Shown piece by piece: positions 52,697 through 61,645 of a DNA stretch of 64,000 bases. Made by a program: the position numbers and the translations under genes. The stretch comes from Clostridia bacterium. Its GTDB lineage: Bacteria; Bacillota; Clostridia; UBA1381; UMGS1253. The DNA lies in contig JAZRUW010000012.1 of assembly GCA_045652745.1 (NCBI GenBank), positions 2,089 through 66,088 of the forward strand, read 5' to 3'. The notes below the pieces were generated by a model. It did not search any database, was not told where the DNA came from, and worked only from the letters and a program-made list of their open reading frames with translations. Positions within the stretch are counted from its first letter, which is position 1. Every line of letters begins with the position of its first letter.

Positions 52697-53614
52697 TTAT
52701 TTTGTTATATCAAAGTAGGCATAATAGAGCTCCGGCTCGTAGGTGTGGCCTTGTCTGAAATCTGCAACTTTTTTGCTGATGCGGTACGCGCCCGGCGGAA
52801 GCGTACCGTAAATATAAGACCAGTCGAGGTTGCTTTCGGTTATCTCGTTTCGGGGGATGATAAACGCCGGCATAGTCCAGACGGCCTCGTTGGCATAGGG
52901 GACATCCTGCCATCCGCCGTATTCATTTTGCTTTTCTATGGTATACGGATTGCCGTATTGCAATGTGCCTTCTACCGTGCCGCCGAACTGTTCGAAACGA
53001 AGCGTGCATCCTGTTGACGTAACGTTCGTTGCCGTCAGGGTCAAACCCCATTTGTCTGTTTCTGCTGTGCGGTCATCGAGTGTGCAGGTTTGATATTTGG
53101 GCTTTGTAAACGCCTGCGAGGACAGCATAGGCCAGAAAATGTCCCGTACGGTAACTTCCATGGATTCGGATAAAATCATCAGGACGCAATCTTTGGCGGC
53201 ATTCGGAAGTCTGCCCGTTAAGGTCATACAGAAGGGAAGGGTGTGAAAGCTTTCCGTTGGTACATCCGCTTTTTTAAAGATGCACCAGCCTTCACCGTCT
53301 ATCGGCACTTCCTTTGTAATGGAGGTTGCGTTTTGATAACCGTCTGCACCTTCAAAGTTACATTCGCCATCCTTTTGCGGTGTCTGATAATCTTCGAGTG
53401 TTTTTGTAAACTTGCCGTCTAAGGTGCCGCAACGCGGTGTGTTTTCGCTGACAAGCCCCGTATCATAGTACAAACATCCGTCCGCGACAAAAGCGCGAAG
53501 CGGCGTATGCGTATCACCCGATGTATCTGTCGGTACGGCACTGTTTTTTGGCGGCGCCGCGCAAGCAGTAAGGCAAACACAAAACGCACAAAAAACGAAA
53601 AACAATCTTTTCAT
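52697..53614 (-). CDS. lipoprotein, function unknown
   Basis: MKRLFFVFCAFCVCLTAC carries the lipobox LTAC. AAGGAGG lies 7 nt upstream of the ATG at 53614. Confidence 0.65.
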   Translation of the reverse strand: MKRLFFVFCAFCVCLTACAAPPKNSAVPTDTSGDTHTPLRAFVADGCLYYDTGLVSENTPRCGTLDGKFTKTLEDYQTPQKDGECNFEGADGYQNATSITKEVPIDGEGWCIFKKADVPTESFHTLPFCMTLTGRLPNAAKDCVLMILSESMEVTVRDIFWPMLSSQAFTKPKYQTCTLDDRTAETDKWGLTLTATNVTSTGCTLRFEQFGGTVEGTLQYGNPYTIEKQNEYGGWQDVPYANEAVWTMPAFIIPRNEITESNLDWSYIYGTLPPGAYRISKKVADFRQGHTYEPELYYAYFDITK

Positions 53615-53652
53615 ACAATGACCTCCTTTACGTGTACAGACGTAAAAAAATG

Positions 53653-55038
53653 TCAAATGTTCCCTTTGCTCTCGCTTTTTATAATCAAATGAAATTCTTT
53701 TAAAACCTTAATTTGAATCGGGACGGCACAAAGCACGGCGGCGAAGTCGGCGCAGGCCTGTGCAATCTGAATGCCGAACAAATCTAAAAAATGCGGCAAA
53801 ATCAAGATGGCCGGGATAAAGAACAGTCCCTGTCTTGCCATCGCCAGAAAAGAGGCAGGCAAGGTGCGTTTGATGGTTTGGAGCATCATGTTGCTCATAA
53901 ACACCCATGACAAAAGGGGCAGAGGAATTGCCTGCATACGCAGGGCAAATGCACCGATGGAAATTACGCTTGTTTCATTCGGGTCTGTGTGGAACAAAGC
54001 GACGAGCTCAGGCGCAAATACGAGAGCGCCCACAGCCATTACCGTTAAAAAGCAAAAGCTGACCTTTACGGAAAACCAAAAGGCTTTTATCATACGGTCG
54101 TAGCGTTTTGCGCCGTAGTTAAAACCGCATACCGGCTGAAAACCCTGGCCGAAGCCGATGGTGGTGGATACGGCAAACATCATAATGCGCGATACTATCG
54201 ACATGGCTGCGATGGTCGCATCGCCAAAGGGGCGCGCCATTGTATTGAGTGCAACCACAGCAAAGCTGTTTAAGCCTTGACGCAAAAGAGAGGGAAGACC
54301 GCCGCCGGACATTTCTTTGAAAAAGTACAGATTTGGTTTGAAGTTCTTAAAACGGATGCGGATATTTTCGCCGCGGTGGCACATAAACAGCAGAATGCAA
54401 AAACTTACAATCTGGCCGACGATGGTTGCGAGCGCCGCACCGGCAATGCCCATCTTAAAAGTGAAGATAAAGAGCGGGTCGAGGGCGATATTTAAAAGAC
54501 CGCCCGTAATGATACCGACCATGGCATAGGTCGCGCTGCCTTGAAAGCGTAGTTGGTTGTTGAGTACGAGGGAGGCCATCATAAACGGTGCACCGAGTAC
54601 GATAATACGCATATAGTCGAGTGCGTAGGGGGCGATCGTATCGGTTGCACCGAGCAGCCATACTAAAGACGGCGCAAACAGTGTGCCGAAAAGTGCAATA
54701 AGAAGGCCGAAAATGATGGCAGAGAAAAAGCCTGTTGCGGCCATAATTTCGCTTTCTTTGCGGTTGCCCGAACCTAAACTGCGCGAAATAAAATTGCCCG
54801 AGCCGTGGCCGAAGAAAAAGCCGAAGGCCTGGATGATAGACATCAGCGGCAGTACGACACCGACACCGCCGGTGGCGCTGGTCGAGCGCATCTGCCCGAC
54901 GAAATAGGTGTCGGCCATATTGTAAAACGTGGTGATGAGCATACTTAAAATGGTCGGAATGGCCAATGAGGTGATGAGCCGTTCTACCGGCTCGGTGGTC
55001 ATGCGTTCCAGTTTGTTTGTCTTTTGCATTGTGTCCAC
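53653..55038 (-). CDS. MATE-family efflux transporter
   Basis: ..PVERLITSLAIPTILSMLITTFYNMADTYFVGQ.. is a typical MATE N-terminus, with 12 helices. Confidence 0.8.
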   Translation of the reverse strand: MDTMQKTNKLERMTTEPVERLITSLAIPTILSMLITTFYNMADTYFVGQMRSTSATGGVGVVLPLMSIIQAFGFFFGHGSGNFISRSLGSGNRKESEIMAATGFFSAIIFGLLIALFGTLFAPSLVWLLGATDTIAPYALDYMRIIVLGAPFMMASLVLNNQLRFQGSATYAMVGIITGGLLNIALDPLFIFTFKMGIAGAALATIVGQIVSFCILLFMCHRGENIRIRFKNFKPNLYFFKEMSGGGLPSLLRQGLNSFAVVALNTMARPFGDATIAAMSIVSRIMMFAVSTTIGFGQGFQPVCGFNYGAKRYDRMIKAFWFSVKVSFCFLTVMAVGALVFAPELVALFHTDPNETSVISIGAFALRMQAIPLPLLSWVFMSNMMLQTIKRTLPASFLAMARQGLFFIPAILILPHFLDLFGIQIAQACADFAAVLCAVPIQIKVLKEFHLIIKSESKGNI

Positions 55039-55239
55039 TCTTTTCTAAACTGATTTAGCATTATTTTACCATTTTTTTGCCCCGACCGCAAGACGTATAT
55101 TAAAACCTTATCTGCAAAGAGCGAAGTAGCATAGCGGTTTGAATGTGATTTTGCTGGATGCCATGGAAAACCTGTCGATTTTATATGCCAAAGAACATAA
55201 AAATTTTCATTTTGCACATACTGGAACAGAGGTGCAAAT

Positions 55240-56487
55240 ATGAAAAAAATTATTGTTAAAAAATCGCCGCCGCTGTGCGGTAGTATAACCGTCGGCGGTG
55301 CAAAAAATGCGGCGTTGCCGATTTTGGCGGCAACGCTTTTGTGCGAGGGGACATCGGTGATTTCCAATGTGCCGGATTTGTCGGACATAGAAGATATGTG
55401 TGCTATTTTAAGCGCTGTCGGGGCAAAGGTTGAGCGTAAGCAGCACACAGTTACCGTGCAGCCGCGTATTGCGAAAACCACGGTGCCGTATGCACTTTTG
55501 TCCAAAATGCGCGCATCGTTTCTGGTGATGGGGCCGCTTGTTGCAAGGGCGCAGACGGCGCAGCTGAGTCTGCCGGGCGGGTGCCCGATCGGGGTGCGGC
55601 CGATTGATTTGCATTTAAAAGGATTTGCGGCGCTCGGTGCACGGATTAAAACGGGGCACGGTGGCATCTGCGTCAGCGCACGCCGCTTGTGCGGCGCAAG
55701 AATTTATCTGGATTTTCCGAGCGTGGGTGCCACGGAGAACATTTTAATGGCGGCGGTGCTTGCCGAAGGTAAAACCGTGATTGAAAATGCGGCAACGGAG
55801 CCGGAAATTGAAAATTTAGCGGCTTTTTTAACTAAAGCCGGCGCGAAAATCAAGGGTGCAGGCGGACGCACAATTACGGTAGAGGGTGTAACAAAACTGG
55901 TCGGTGTGGCGCACAGCGTTATTCCCGACCGCATTGAAGCCGGCACATTTATGACGGCGGCGGCAATGACGCGAGGACAAGTTACGCTGCGCGGTGTAAA
56001 CTGTGCGCATCTAAAGCCGGTTACGGCAAAATTTCGCGAAATCGGTATCGAGGTCTGTGAAGGCAAAAATCAGCTGACGGTAGATGCATCGGGAAAACTT
56101 TGTCCCGTGCATATTAAAACGCTCCCGTTTCCGGGGTTTCCTACGGATATGCAGGCACAGATGGCGGCGCTCATGTGCCTTTGTGAAGGTACCTCCACCG
56201 TAACGGAAACGGTGTTTGAAAACCGGTTTTTATATGTGTCTGAACTTGGACGCATGGGAGCACATATCCAGGTGGAGGGGCGGTGCGCCATTGTGGAGGG
56301 TGTAAAGAGTTTTGACGGCGCGTGTGTGCGCGCAACGGACTTGCGTGCCGGTGCGGCTCTGGTTTTGGCAGGGCTTGCGGCGAAAGGGGATACGGAGGTG
56401 GGTGATGTTTACCATATTGAGCGCGGCTATGAGGATTTTGCGGGAAAGTTATCTGCACTCGGCGGCAGGGTAGTGGCTGTGGACTAA
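55240..56487 (+). CDS. murA: UDP-N-acetylglucosamine 1-carboxyvinyltransferase
   Basis: MKKIIVKKSPPLCGSITVGGAKNAALPILAATLL.. and ..LPGGCPIGVRPIDLHLKGF.. (active-site Cys loop). Confidence 0.9.
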   Translation: MKKIIVKKSPPLCGSITVGGAKNAALPILAATLLCEGTSVISNVPDLSDIEDMCAILSAVGAKVERKQHTVTVQPRIAKTTVPYALLSKMRASFLVMGPLVARAQTAQLSLPGGCPIGVRPIDLHLKGFAALGARIKTGHGGICVSARRLCGARIYLDFPSVGATENILMAAVLAEGKTVIENAATEPEIENLAAFLTKAGAKIKGAGGRTITVEGVTKLVGVAHSVIPDRIEAGTFMTAAAMTRGQVTLRGVNCAHLKPVTAKFREIGIEVCEGKNQLTVDASGKLCPVHIKTLPFPGFPTDMQAQMAALMCLCEGTSTVTETVFENRFLYVSELGRMGAHIQVEGRCAIVEGVKSFDGACVRATDLRAGAALVLAGLAAKGDTEVGDVYHIERGYEDFAGKLSALGGRVVAVD

Positions 56488-56690
56488 GAGGGGAATATCC
56501 TTATAAAATCGGAAAATTTTTTATATTATCTGTTTTTAAATGCAAGAAAACGAAATTTCATGACAAAAAATAGTAGATTTTTTGCCTTGTCTGTGTTATA
56601 TTTAAAGGGAACATATCAAGTTACTTTGGACCAAAAGATGTGGTGAAACGACCTGATAAAAGAACATATTTTATATAGGAGGTAGGAAAC

Positions 56691-59600
56691 ATGAGATCGA
56701 TGATGAAAAGTGTATGTCTTATTTTGTGCCTGACGCTTTTGTGCAGTGTGCTGCCGATGGGCGTATTTGTAGCGGCGGCGAAGGAAAACGTAATTTTTTC
56801 CTTTGACTTTGAAGACTGCGCCGTAGGCGAAGGAATTACGCAGGACAGAGCGAATGTGAATGGTTGGTACACACTTACGATTAAGCAGAATAATGCGCCG
56901 TTGATTGTGCAAAGTGAAAAGGGACGCGGCAATTATGCCTATATCGAAAATATTTCTGATGCTGCATCGGGTCCGAAGCTTATGAAGATGATAAACTTAG
57001 GGGCGCTGACCAATCTGCGTGTATCCTATGAGTGTAAGGGCAACAGATATGTCGGTTTTTCCATGAAGGATGATGCGGAAAAGGTTTCGATAAAAACCAA
57101 GGCCTATACGGAATGGACGAGCGTCGTTGTGGATATTGATGTTGAAAATGCGAAGTTTACGACAACCATCGGCGGCGAAGTGACGCAGAAGGATGTAGCA
57201 TTTAGTATGTTTGCCGATCCGTCACAGATTCAGTTCGAGTTTGGCGGCAGTCTGAGTGCGGGAGAGTATTTTTATATCGATAATGTAAAGATTACTACGA
57301 CAGATGATATTACTGCCGAAGCGGCGCAAAGTGCGAAAACGGCAGCGCATCCGGCAAATCAAAAATACATAGAGGCGGCGCAGAAGGCGCAGGAAGAAAA
57401 ACTCAACGTGCAGTTTGAGTCCCGTGCGCCGGCGGCAATTTCCGTACCGGAGGGTCAAAACTACATTGTTTTGGAGGACTTTGAAGGTTACGGCGAAGTT
57501 TTAAAGTATGACAACTGGTCGATCGTCGGCAATAAAACGTATGTAAATCCGGCAAAGGAGGCCGGCAATCAGTTTGTAGCCATTTCCAATACGGACAGAG
57601 AGATGCACACGCCGCGTTTTAACCGTCCGCTCAAGAATTTAAATCTCAATACCATGACGTTTGAACTTGATTTTGCGGCAAATCCGGCGCTGGATTTGAT
57701 TGTGTATGTGAAAAATGCGGATAAATCCGTGCAGATTGCCAGACCGGGAGAGACCTACGGTGACGGCAAGTGGCATCACCTTAAGGCAGAGGTCAACTTT
57801 AAGGATAAAAAGTTTGTAAGCTATATTGACGGTGCCGAGGTAAAGAGCGGTGACCTTGTGGAGCTGATGACGGCAGATGCGTGGAAAACGATGGAAATTC
57901 AGATTTCCGCACAGCTTGGCGCCGGTGCAAAGGGCAGATTGGATAATACGGTTGCATATACGCCCGACAGCGTGGCAAACGCCGTGTTTGACTATCAAAA
58001 CAACATCAACTGGGATATGGTAAAAACCGATAACCCGACCGGTTATACCGAGATTGTCCGTGAAGAACATCCGCGACTGATTATAAACGACTGGGATGTC
58101 ATCCGTGAAAAAATTAAAAACGATTACTGGTGCGGTCTGTGGTGGCAGTCGGTCAAGAATGCGGCAGACAGTTATATCCGTGACAATGCTATGGTGCCCT
58201 ACAGAGTGAATGAACGCGGTAACATTCAGGAAACCAGCCAGGATATCCGCATCAAGAGCTATGTGCTTTCGTTTGTTGCCGGTGTGACCGGCGAAAGAAA
58301 ATATGCGGAGCATATGTATAAAATCTTAAAAGACGTACATGATACGTTCCCGGACTGGAGCGAAAATCTTGCGCTTTTGAGTGCAAACTTCATCGGTGCA
58401 TATGCTTACGCTTATGACTGGGCATACCATGTGTTTACACCGGAGGAGCGTGCGGATGTACTTCGCATGACGATAAACCGCGGTGTAAGCATTGCCGTAC
58501 AGGGTTATGAAAACAAACTTGCAGAAGCGTATATGACGATGATGAATCGAGGCAATAATCAGTCGTCAACAGCCAATAGAGCCAATATCTGCCTGGCGGT
58601 TGCGATTGCAACCGAATATCCGCAGATTGCAGAGTATCTGCTCGATAATGCCTCTAAAGGTCTGCCAAACGTATTTGCAGAGTTTTTCCCGGACGGCGCA
58701 TTTATAGAAACAACGGACTATTGGGATGCCAGTGCCACTGACGTTATGCAGGCGATTGCGGTATTGGAGTCCGGCGCTAAAGAGGGTGCAAAACTGCCGG
58801 AAAGACTCGACTGGGCAAACACGATTCCGGGCTTTGTCAATACCGGTGACTTTCCGATTTATTACAGCGGTGCAACGGCATCGTTTAACTACGGCGATAC
58901 GACCTCGAGATTTATTTCTTCCACCTCGTTTTTGTATCTGTCCGCACGTTGGGGTGAGCCGAAGTATGCGTGGTATGAGATGACACGCAATCAGGTGAAC
59001 AGTCCCTTTACAACCAGACGTATTCCGTTTGCGATTGCGTGGTACGATCCGGCAAATGCAGTATGCAGTCCGGGCGAATTCCCGCTCGATAAGTTCTATC
59101 AGCATTTGGAAGACGGCGGTGTAAACGGTATTTCGATGCGTTCATCCTGGGAAGATGAAGATATGCTCTTTGTTGCAATGCAGGGCGGTGACAATGGCGC
59201 AATGCACCAAAACCCGTCGCTCGGTACATTTGTTATGGACTATGCCGGCAAGCGCTGGTTTATGCTCACGGGTAAAAACTCGCTGACGGGTACTTATACG
59301 ATTGTCAGCCGACACGACGGCGATGAATCCGAAATCTGGCATGAGAGAACGGAATCGAACAATACCCTTATCATCAATCCGGATAAGACGGCAGGACAGG
59401 ACAGCGATGCGTTTGCTCCGCTGGTACGCTATGATACTGCGGCAAATGCCGCTTACGGCATTTTGGATATTTCCGATGCAAGAGAGGATATTCAAAAATG
59501 GGAGCGCGGCGTAATGCTCTACGACAACCGCGAGCGTGTGATTATCCGTGATGAAATCACGATGCATATGCCGTCCGAAATCAACTGGTTCGGACATACC

Positions 59601-60575
59601 AATGCACAAATTGACATTGCGGCGGACGGACAGAGTGCAATGATGACCATTGACGATGCAAAAATGTACGTGCGCTTAAATGAGGCACCGGCAGGTGCGG
59701 TATTGGCTGTTCGGGATATTTCGCCGCTTCCGACTTCGCCGAATCCGCCGGCACAGCACGGTGAGTATCTGCCGGAACATTCTGGCGATAAGACGTTATA
59801 TGTAAAACTTGAGGGCGTAACAAATGCAACGATCGAGCTTGAGTTTATCCCGATTAAAGACGGCTTTGCCGTACCGAGTGATACCCCGGCGCGCAAGACG
59901 CTGGCAAACTGGTCGGTAGAGGAAAGTCAGCCGTTTACGGCGCAGGCGCTCGGCAATGCCGTAGCATTAAAGCTCGGCACACCGGTAAGCTTTGCCAAGG
60001 GTCAGAGAACCTATGTAGACAAAGACAATATGGATGTTGTACCGTTTACGGAAAACTCCAGAACGCTCGTGCCGGTACGCTATATTGCGGAATCCTTCGG
60101 TGCAACCGTAGGCTGGAATGATGCGACGCAGGCGGTGACCGTAGATTACTTAAATAAACACATCGAACTGCAAATCGGTTCGAATCAGATGCTTGTCAAC
60201 GGGCAGGCTACGACGCTGGATGTTGTAGCAAACACCTACAACAGCCGTACCTTTATTCCGCTTCGAGCACTGGTGGAAGCACTTGGCAAGGTAGTATTGT
60301 GGGATGACCGTGGTTTGATTGTGATTTCGGATATGGAAATGGGTTATAGCGCACAGACGCTGACGGCGGCTTGTGCATACTTAGATATCCGTATCTTTGC
60401 AGGCGACGATGAAATTGCATTTGACCCGGCAAAAACAACGTATTATCTCAAAGGCGCACCGCGCGCAATCCGCACATTGCAAAATAACAATTCTGCGGTA
60501 ATTACGGTGACGGACGGTCAGCCGGCGACGGTAACGATTGATGGAAAGGTATACACATTCTATTTTGAAAGCTGA
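56691..60575 (+). CDS. large secreted heparinase II/III-family multidomain protein (paralog of 48125..52645)
   Basis: Same architecture. Signal peptide, then FSFDFEDCAVGEG.. LamG-like modules. Core EEHPRLIINDWDVIREKIKNDYWCGLWW.., FPDWSEN.., ..GDNGAMHQNPSLGTFVMDYAGKRW... C-terminal copper-amine-oxidase-like domain (..RTLVPVRYIAESFGATVGWNDATQAV.., ..RTFIPLRALVEALGKVVLWDD). Confidence 0.7.
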   Translation: MRSMMKSVCLILCLTLLCSVLPMGVFVAAAKENVIFSFDFEDCAVGEGITQDRANVNGWYTLTIKQNNAPLIVQSEKGRGNYAYIENISDAASGPKLMKMINLGALTNLRVSYECKGNRYVGFSMKDDAEKVSIKTKAYTEWTSVVVDIDVENAKFTTTIGGEVTQKDVAFSMFADPSQIQFEFGGSLSAGEYFYIDNVKITTTDDITAEAAQSAKTAAHPANQKYIEAAQKAQEEKLNVQFESRAPAAISVPEGQNYIVLEDFEGYGEVLKYDNWSIVGNKTYVNPAKEAGNQFVAISNTDREMHTPRFNRPLKNLNLNTMTFELDFAANPALDLIVYVKNADKSVQIARPGETYGDGKWHHLKAEVNFKDKKFVSYIDGAEVKSGDLVELMTADAWKTMEIQISAQLGAGAKGRLDNTVAYTPDSVANAVFDYQNNINWDMVKTDNPTGYTEIVREEHPRLIINDWDVIREKIKNDYWCGLWWQSVKNAADSYIRDNAMVPYRVNERGNIQETSQDIRIKSYVLSFVAGVTGERKYAEHMYKILKDVHDTFPDWSENLALLSANFIGAYAYAYDWAYHVFTPEERADVLRMTINRGVSIAVQGYENKLAEAYMTMMNRGNNQSSTANRANICLAVAIATEYPQIAEYLLDNASKGLPNVFAEFFPDGAFIETTDYWDASATDVMQAIAVLESGAKEGAKLPERLDWANTIPGFVNTGDFPIYYSGATASFNYGDTTSRFISSTSFLYLSARWGEPKYAWYEMTRNQVNSPFTTRRIPFAIAWYDPANAVCSPGEFPLDKFYQHLEDGGVNGISMRSSWEDEDMLFVAMQGGDNGAMHQNPSLGTFVMDYAGKRWFMLTGKNSLTGTYTIVSRHDGDESEIWHERTESNNTLIINPDKTAGQDSDAFAPLVRYDTAANAAYGILDISDAREDIQKWERGVMLYDNRERVIIRDEITMHMPSEINWFGHTNAQIDIAADGQSAMMTIDDAKMYVRLNEAPAGAVLAVRDISPLPTSPNPPAQHGEYLPEHSGDKTLYVKLEGVTNATIELEFIPIKDGFAVPSDTPARKTLANWSVEESQPFTAQALGNAVALKLGTPVSFAKGQRTYVDKDNMDVVPFTENSRTLVPVRYIAESFGATVGWNDATQAVTVDYLNKHIELQIGSNQMLVNGQATTLDVVANTYNSRTFIPLRALVEALGKVVLWDDRGLIVISDMEMGYSAQTLTAACAYLDIRIFAGDDEIAFDPAKTTYYLKGAPRAIRTLQNNNSAVITVTDGQPATVTIDGKVYTFYFES

Positions 60576-60580
60576 GTAAA

Positions 60581-60615
60581 AAAACAGGACTGCGAGTTTT
60601 TCGCAGTCCTGTTTT
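60581..60615. terminator. bidirectional terminator between convergent genes
   Basis: aaaacaggactgcga-gtttt-tcgcagtcctgtttt. Confidence 0.75.
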
Positions 60616-60622
60616 GCAATAT

Positions 60623-61501
60623 TTATTTTACGAGTACCTGAAGCCGTTTCGGTAAAACTTCTATCTGAACCGGTTGGGTTTCTTTCATAAGTTCACCGTC
60701 AATGTTGACCGGTAAATCTTTTCCGACGGTCAGTGTGCATTTTTTACAATGGATAATTTTAGCGTATTTTTTGATTTCGGCAATTTTGCCTTTGAAGAAC
60801 TTAAGCAGCACACCCGGAAGTGCGGCATAGGTGAGTTTTTTGATAACCACCAAATCCATGTACCCGTCCGTCGCCGTAGCCGCCGGACAAATCGGCAGGC
60901 CGCCGCCGTAGAATCTGCCGTTTGCGGCCGCAAGCAGGAAAATCTCTTCGTCTACGGTTTCACCGGTGTCTGTTGTCAGGGTTACCGGCGTGAATTCCAG
61001 TTTAAGCAGAGAACGTGCCAGCGCAAGTGTATAGCTTGCACTGCCTTTGTATATTTTGCGGATTTTTTCTTCCTGTAACAGCACATTTACGTCAAAGCCA
61101 GTACCGGCAACATTCAAACAGCGTCTTCCATTGACACTTAACATATCGTAGAGTTTCACCTTGCCGTTTACAGCGGACAAAACCGCCTCGGTTGTATCCT
61201 TCGGCAAAGCTGCACCGCTCACAAAGTCATTACCCGTGCCGGCCGGCACGAAGGCAACGGGGACAGATAAATCCATACCGGAAACGACTTCGTTAAATGT
61301 GCCGTCACCGCCGATGGCGATGATGCGGCGGCAATTCAAATCCGCACACGCCTGTTTGGAAAGCACGGTAGAATGTCCGGCGTATTCGGAAACAAGTGTG
61401 GTAAATTCCACGTTTTGTTCTTTTAAAATCTCTTCGGTTTTTTGAAGGCAAGCCGCACCTTTACCACCACCGGAAAGTTTGTTTGCAATAATGTATACCA
61501 T
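60623..61501 (-). CDS. diacylglycerol/lipid kinase (DagK/YegS family)
   Basis: MVYIIANKLSGGGKG.., ..IIAIGGDGTFNEV.., ..VPAGTGNDF... The ATG at 61501 follows GGGGGA. Confidence 0.8.
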   Translation of the reverse strand: MVYIIANKLSGGGKGAACLQKTEEILKEQNVEFTTLVSEYAGHSTVLSKQACADLNCRRIIAIGGDGTFNEVVSGMDLSVPVAFVPAGTGNDFVSGAALPKDTTEAVLSAVNGKVKLYDMLSVNGRRCLNVAGTGFDVNVLLQEEKIRKIYKGSASYTLALARSLLKLEFTPVTLTTDTGETVDEEIFLLAAANGRFYGGGLPICPAATATDGYMDLVVIKKLTYAALPGVLLKFFKGKIAEIKKYAKIIHCKKCTLTVGKDLPVNIDGELMKETQPVQIEVLPKRLQVLVK

Positions 61502-61534
61502 GGAAAAATCCCCCGTAGAAAAATCTTCATACAA

Positions 61535-61562
61535 AGTATAACATACTGTCGTTTTTTGTCAA
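61535..61562 (-). promoter_or_regulatory. candidate promoter of the lipid-kinase gene
   Basis: On the minus strand: TTGACA (61562-61557), 16-nt spacer, TATACT (61540-61535). Confidence 0.45.
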
Positions 61563-61580
61563 GATTTGTCGAACGGAAAC

Positions 61581-61610
61581 TTGACAAAATAAGCAAAATT
61601 TTTGTATACT
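61581..61610 (+). promoter_or_regulatory. candidate promoter of the ABC exporter gene
   Basis: TTGACA (61581-61586), 18-nt spacer, TATACT (61605-61610). It lies back-to-back with the minus-strand promoter. Confidence 0.5.
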
Positions 61611-61645
61611 AATCAGGTGAATACGTAGTATTGAGGTAAGAAATC

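Noticed and set aside
54999-55667. 222-aa minus-strand ORF spanning the MATE start, the divergent intergenic region and the murA 5' end.
   Set aside because: It crosses a promoter region and overlaps two well-supported genes. It has no RBS and no motifs.
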